A DNA stretch of 9,798 bases from an archaeon (GTDB lineage Archaea; Asgardarchaeota; Thorarchaeia; Thorarchaeales; Thorarchaeaceae): positions 1-9,798 of the forward strand of contig JAJRZD010000011.1 of the NCBI GenBank assembly GCA_024275415.1. The letters run 5' to 3'. Below the pieces are notes generated by a model that saw only the letters and a list, made by a program, of their open reading frames with translations, was not told the origin of the DNA and made no database searches. Position 1 is the stretch's first letter, and each line of letters starts with the position of its first letter. Position numbers and translations under genes: made by a program. Positions 7,318-9,798 of the stretch are shown here, in pieces.

Positions 7318-7923
7318 TTGATCGCAGTCATCATAGATGTAGTGTCATCACAAAAACTGTCGGCACATGAGAGGAGGTCGCTGGACATGAAGATTCGGAG
7401 CCTTCTTGATGCCACTCGAAATCGGTTCAAAAAGTACTGTCTTGCAAACCCGTCATTGACCCAAGGTGATAGCATCGAAATGCTCGTGGACAACTGGTTG
7501 CCGGTCATATATACAATCCATCGATTACGCATGGATGGCATAGAGGTAAAAACAGGGTTTGGGACTAAGAAAATCATCGTCCATAATGAAGATGCTGACG
7601 AATGTGATGGCCCCGCGTTCTGGAATGCCCGACAAGCACTGAGTGACATCAAGGTGCCCTCTTTCCGACAAAGACCGGCTGCTTTTGTCTTTGAGAGGAG
7701 AACCCCTAATAATGAAATGAACGAAGTACTGAAGGCAATCCTGTTTCTTACCACGCTCATGGGCATGACCTCGACCCAGCTGACATTCAGTTACCATATG
7801 GTCTGGGAGAAAAAGAATGTGACTGAAATCGCAGAGATAGTCGAAACCTCAAAGGCGAATGTCAGCAAGACTCTGAACAAGACCCCGAGTTATGTCTTGC
7901 GCGATATCATATCCCTTCACTAG
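7318..7923 (+). CDS. satD: SatD-family protein (class III nucleotidyl-cyclase-like fold plus C-terminal HTH)
   Basis: IAVIIDVVSS (D7), LTQGDSIEML (D51), GFG and DGPAFWNAR are SatD signature motifs. The C-terminal TSTQ...NVTEIAEIVETSKANVSKTL is an HTH. TTG start with SD GGGTGA (7305-7310) overlapping the upstream stop. Confidence 0.85.
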   Translation: MIAVIIDVVSSQKLSAHERRSLDMKIRSLLDATRNRFKKYCLANPSLTQGDSIEMLVDNWLPVIYTIHRLRMDGIEVKTGFGTKKIIVHNEDADECDGPAFWNARQALSDIKVPSFRQRPAAFVFERRTPNNEMNEVLKAILFLTTLMGMTSTQLTFSYHMVWEKKNVTEIAEIVETSKANVSKTLNKTPSYVLRDIISLH

Positions 7924-8085
7924 AACAAGACGGCATCATAGAACACCGCTCATTGCAAGTCACATCCTGTTAAATGGACTGCAAAGGGATGGTACAGATT
8001 TACTCAAGCCGTGTGCATCTGTAGAGGACTCGTAGGATAGTCATTCTAAACTATGTGAGTACACCCAGCAAGATAATTCGCTTTC

Positions 8086-8394
8086 CTACTGCTCATCCGT
8101 CGGTATTTCCTCATGCTTTCTGCTCAACGTCCATGAGCCAAGTAGTGAGACCCACCAGAACAGAATCGTGCTGAAGTTTATAGTCATGACCCAAATGGCC
8201 GCGGTCAAGAAGAACTGGAGAACCAACGCTGTTTCACTGGATGGTGGACGACCCCATATCAGCAGAGCGAAAAAGAATCCCACCTGGATCAAAAGCCCAA
8301 GCACAATCAATACCTGTGTGATCAACAGAGCTTTCTGCTCAGTTATGAACGTCTTGACACGAAAGGTATTCACCACGCTACACCAATCAACCAC
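8086..8394 (-). CDS. Small hypothetical membrane protein (2 TM helices)
   Basis: 102-aa ORF with two long hydrophobic stretches separated by GRPPSSE and an acidic C-terminal tail. GTG start preceded by G-rich GAGTGGGG; an in-frame stop at 8431-8433 limits upstream extension. Confidence 0.55.
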   Translation of the reverse strand: MVDWCSVVNTFRVKTFITEQKALLITQVLIVLGLLIQVGFFFALLIWGRPPSSETALVLQFFLTAAIWVMTINFSTILFWWVSLLGSWTLSRKHEEIPTDEQ

Positions 8395-8699
8395 AACCCC
8401 ACTCGTGACTAAAAGTTCTTTCGGGAATGGCTATCCGTCCCGATATGAAATAGCCCTCTCTCATGTCAGCTGTAGCCTGCATCATCCACTGTCGATTATC
8501 ACCCCCTCGCCGCCAGTCGATGCCCCTTTCCTTTCCAACCTCTTTCTGCTCATTTTGCTTCTTTGGGTTGAATCGCTATTTGATAAGGTCACTAACAGGT
8601 GACTTGGCGCTCTCAGTACACTGATGTTCAGTATTGGCATATTCCAGACTTTTTTGATAAAAATACTGGTTCCCCATCGAGTTTCATGGATCATGAGTT

Positions 8700-8855
8700 C
8701 TATAGTAGCCATTCTTTCAATATCGCAAATCCCATAACCCTTATCCATTTGCGATTTCCTATATATATCCCTCTGCAAAAAATGAAAATCGACAAAAATA
8801 TCAACTGCACTCTCTCAGGCAAAGAAATATATCTATAATACGCTATTTTGACGCT
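8700..8855 (+). promoter_or_regulatory. CRISPR leader with BRE/TATA-like promoter
   Basis: AT-rich non-coding stretch directly before repeat 1. AAAGAAA (8821-8827) followed by TATATCTATAAT (8828-8839) lies about 28 bp upstream of the first repeat. A-tracts at 8777-8798 and an inverted repeat at 8722-8755. The left boundary is approximate. Confidence 0.65.
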
Positions 8856-9787
8856 GTTGCACAGGCTAAGCTTCAGAAAAGAAGATTGAAATCACTGACT
8901 TTTCCATAGACTTTCCTAATATGAGAAATAGGTTGCACAGGCTAAGCTTCAGAAAAGAAGATTGAAATTCTTGTGTTTTGCCTTACACCTGTTGAATGCA
9001 CGTCGTTGCACAGGCTAAGCTTCAGAAAAGAAGATTGAAATCTAGAGTGCCAAAGCAAGTTCCATTCTATGTGAACTTGGTTGCACAGGCTAAGCTTCAG
9101 AAAAGAAGATTGAAATAAGGGGCCCGAAGAACGTGCTCGGTGTGACCCCCCATTGTTGCACAGGCTAAGCTTCAGAAAAGAAGATTGAAATAAATATGTT
9201 GCTAAACATAGTCGTTAGGAGAGGAGCAATGTTGCACAGGCTAAGCTTCAGAAAAGAAGATTGAAATGATAACATTCCCTGCAGTCGTGCCAGTAGCATA
9301 GAATACCGTTGCACAGGCTAAGCTTCAGAAAAGAAGATTGAAATCTGCTATAAGAAGAGTCGTCAATGACGTGAGCAAGTTGCACAGGCTAAGCTTCAGA
9401 AAAGAAGATTGAAATTGGTGGAGTTGGCTAAGTCCGGCTGGTTTTGTTTCGAATGTTGCACAGGCTAAGCTTCAGAAAAGAAGATTGAAATAGAATCATG
9501 CACAGGTGGCCCAGAGGGAGTTTATCGTTGCACAGGCTAAGCTTCAGAAAAGAAGATTGAAATGTTGTACCTCGACTGAACAAGATACTCTTCGCTCACG
9601 TTGCACAGGCTAAGCTTCAGAAAAGAAGATTGAAAGGGCCGGCATAGGGTTGTCCAACGTGATTCCGAAAGACGCGTTGCACAGGCTAAGCTTCAGAAAA
9701 GAAGATTGAAAGACTGAATAATCAAAGAACGTAAGAGGATTTACTGCAAAGTTGCACAGGCTAAGCTTCAGAAAAGAAGAGATTACG
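8856..9787 (+). CRISPR. CRISPR array: 13 repeats (12 full plus 1 degenerate terminal) and 12 unique spacers of 34-40 bp
   Basis: Repeat GTTGCACAGGCTAAGCTTCAGAAAAGAAGATTGAAA(T/G), 37 bp, starting at 8856, 8932, 9005, 9080, 9155, 9231, 9308, 9379, 9455, 9527, 9600, 9676 and 9751. The last copy matches for 30 bp and then diverges. A CTTC-AGAAAA-GAAG hairpin sits immediately before an 8-nt ATTGAAAN handle, as in Cas6-processed type I/III repeats. Orientation is given by the leader at left and decay at right. Confidence 0.98.
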
Positions 9788-9798
9788 ACCATCACAGA

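Noticed and set aside
6818-7797. Antisense or alternative-frame ORFs 6818-7072, 7299-7766 and 7525-7797
   Set aside because: They overlap the motif-supported DUF3307-like and SatD genes.
7993-8023. TACAGAT-N17-ATCTGTA inverted repeat between the convergent genes
   Set aside because: Only 7 bp with a long loop and no T-tract; expected by chance.
8806-8824. TGCAC-tctctc-AGGCAAAG resembling a decayed repeat 5' end in the leader
   Set aside because: Needs a 6-nt insertion and a mismatch over a very short match; not distinguishable from chance.
8168-8838. ORFs 8168-8602 (+), 8482-8778 (-) and 8599-8838 (+) as possible cas or transposase remnants
   Set aside because: No Cas1, Cas2, Cas4 or Cas6 motifs in the frames I read. 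The DKGY in the minus-strand ORF recalls IS4/IS5 DDE motifs, but nothing else fits and it lies in the leader palindrome.
140-8855. tracrRNA-like anti-repeat, tRNA/rRNA genes, IS ends or att sites
   Set aside because: Only 7-8 nt matches to the repeat's reverse complement (for example 161-168); no cloverleaf, terminal inverted repeats or integrase seen.
9056-9079. CAAGTTC-N10-GAACTTG hairpin within spacer 3
   Set aside because: A single 7-bp stem among 12 spacers; no further support.
9117-9154. GC-rich spacer 4, whose reverse complement is faintly 5S rRNA-like (GGGGTCACACC)
   Set aside because: Similarity is too short and does not extend; cannot claim self-targeting of rRNA.
9499-9570. Repeat-like words in spacers 9 (TGCACAGG) and 10 (GTTGTAC)
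   Set aside because: Matches of 6-8 nt are compatible with chance; spacer lengths are normal.
9610-9795. 61-aa minus-strand ORF
   Set aside because: Read-through of CRISPR repeats and spacers (FLKLSLCN recurs); not a gene.

Overview
Archaeal chromosomal window. Gene content and style suggest an Asgard/Thorarchaeia-like genome, which is an inference rather than proof. Left to right: the partial 5' end of a probable HTH regulator (minus strand, runs off the edge); a two-gene envelope operon (multi-pass membrane protein plus a 550-aa signal-peptide, C-terminally anchored surface protein) ending in a hairpin/T-tract terminator; a co-directional run of an agmatinase-like ureohydrolase, a TrmB regulator, a Sulfolobus-type geranylgeranyl reductase and an M23-like Zn peptidase; a separately promoted, translationally coupled pair (DUF3307-like membrane protein plus SatD-family nucleotidyl-cyclase-fold/HTH protein) behind three 29-bp-phased palindromic operator boxes; a small 2-TM orphan; and an AT-rich leader followed by a CRISPR array (12 full 37-bp repeats, 1 degenerate terminal repeat, 12 spacers). 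No cas gene is visible in the window. The most promising lead is the cyclase-fold SatD plus membrane partner next to the array, a candidate nucleotide-signalling or defence module. All family calls come from motif recognition by eye; no database searches were run.
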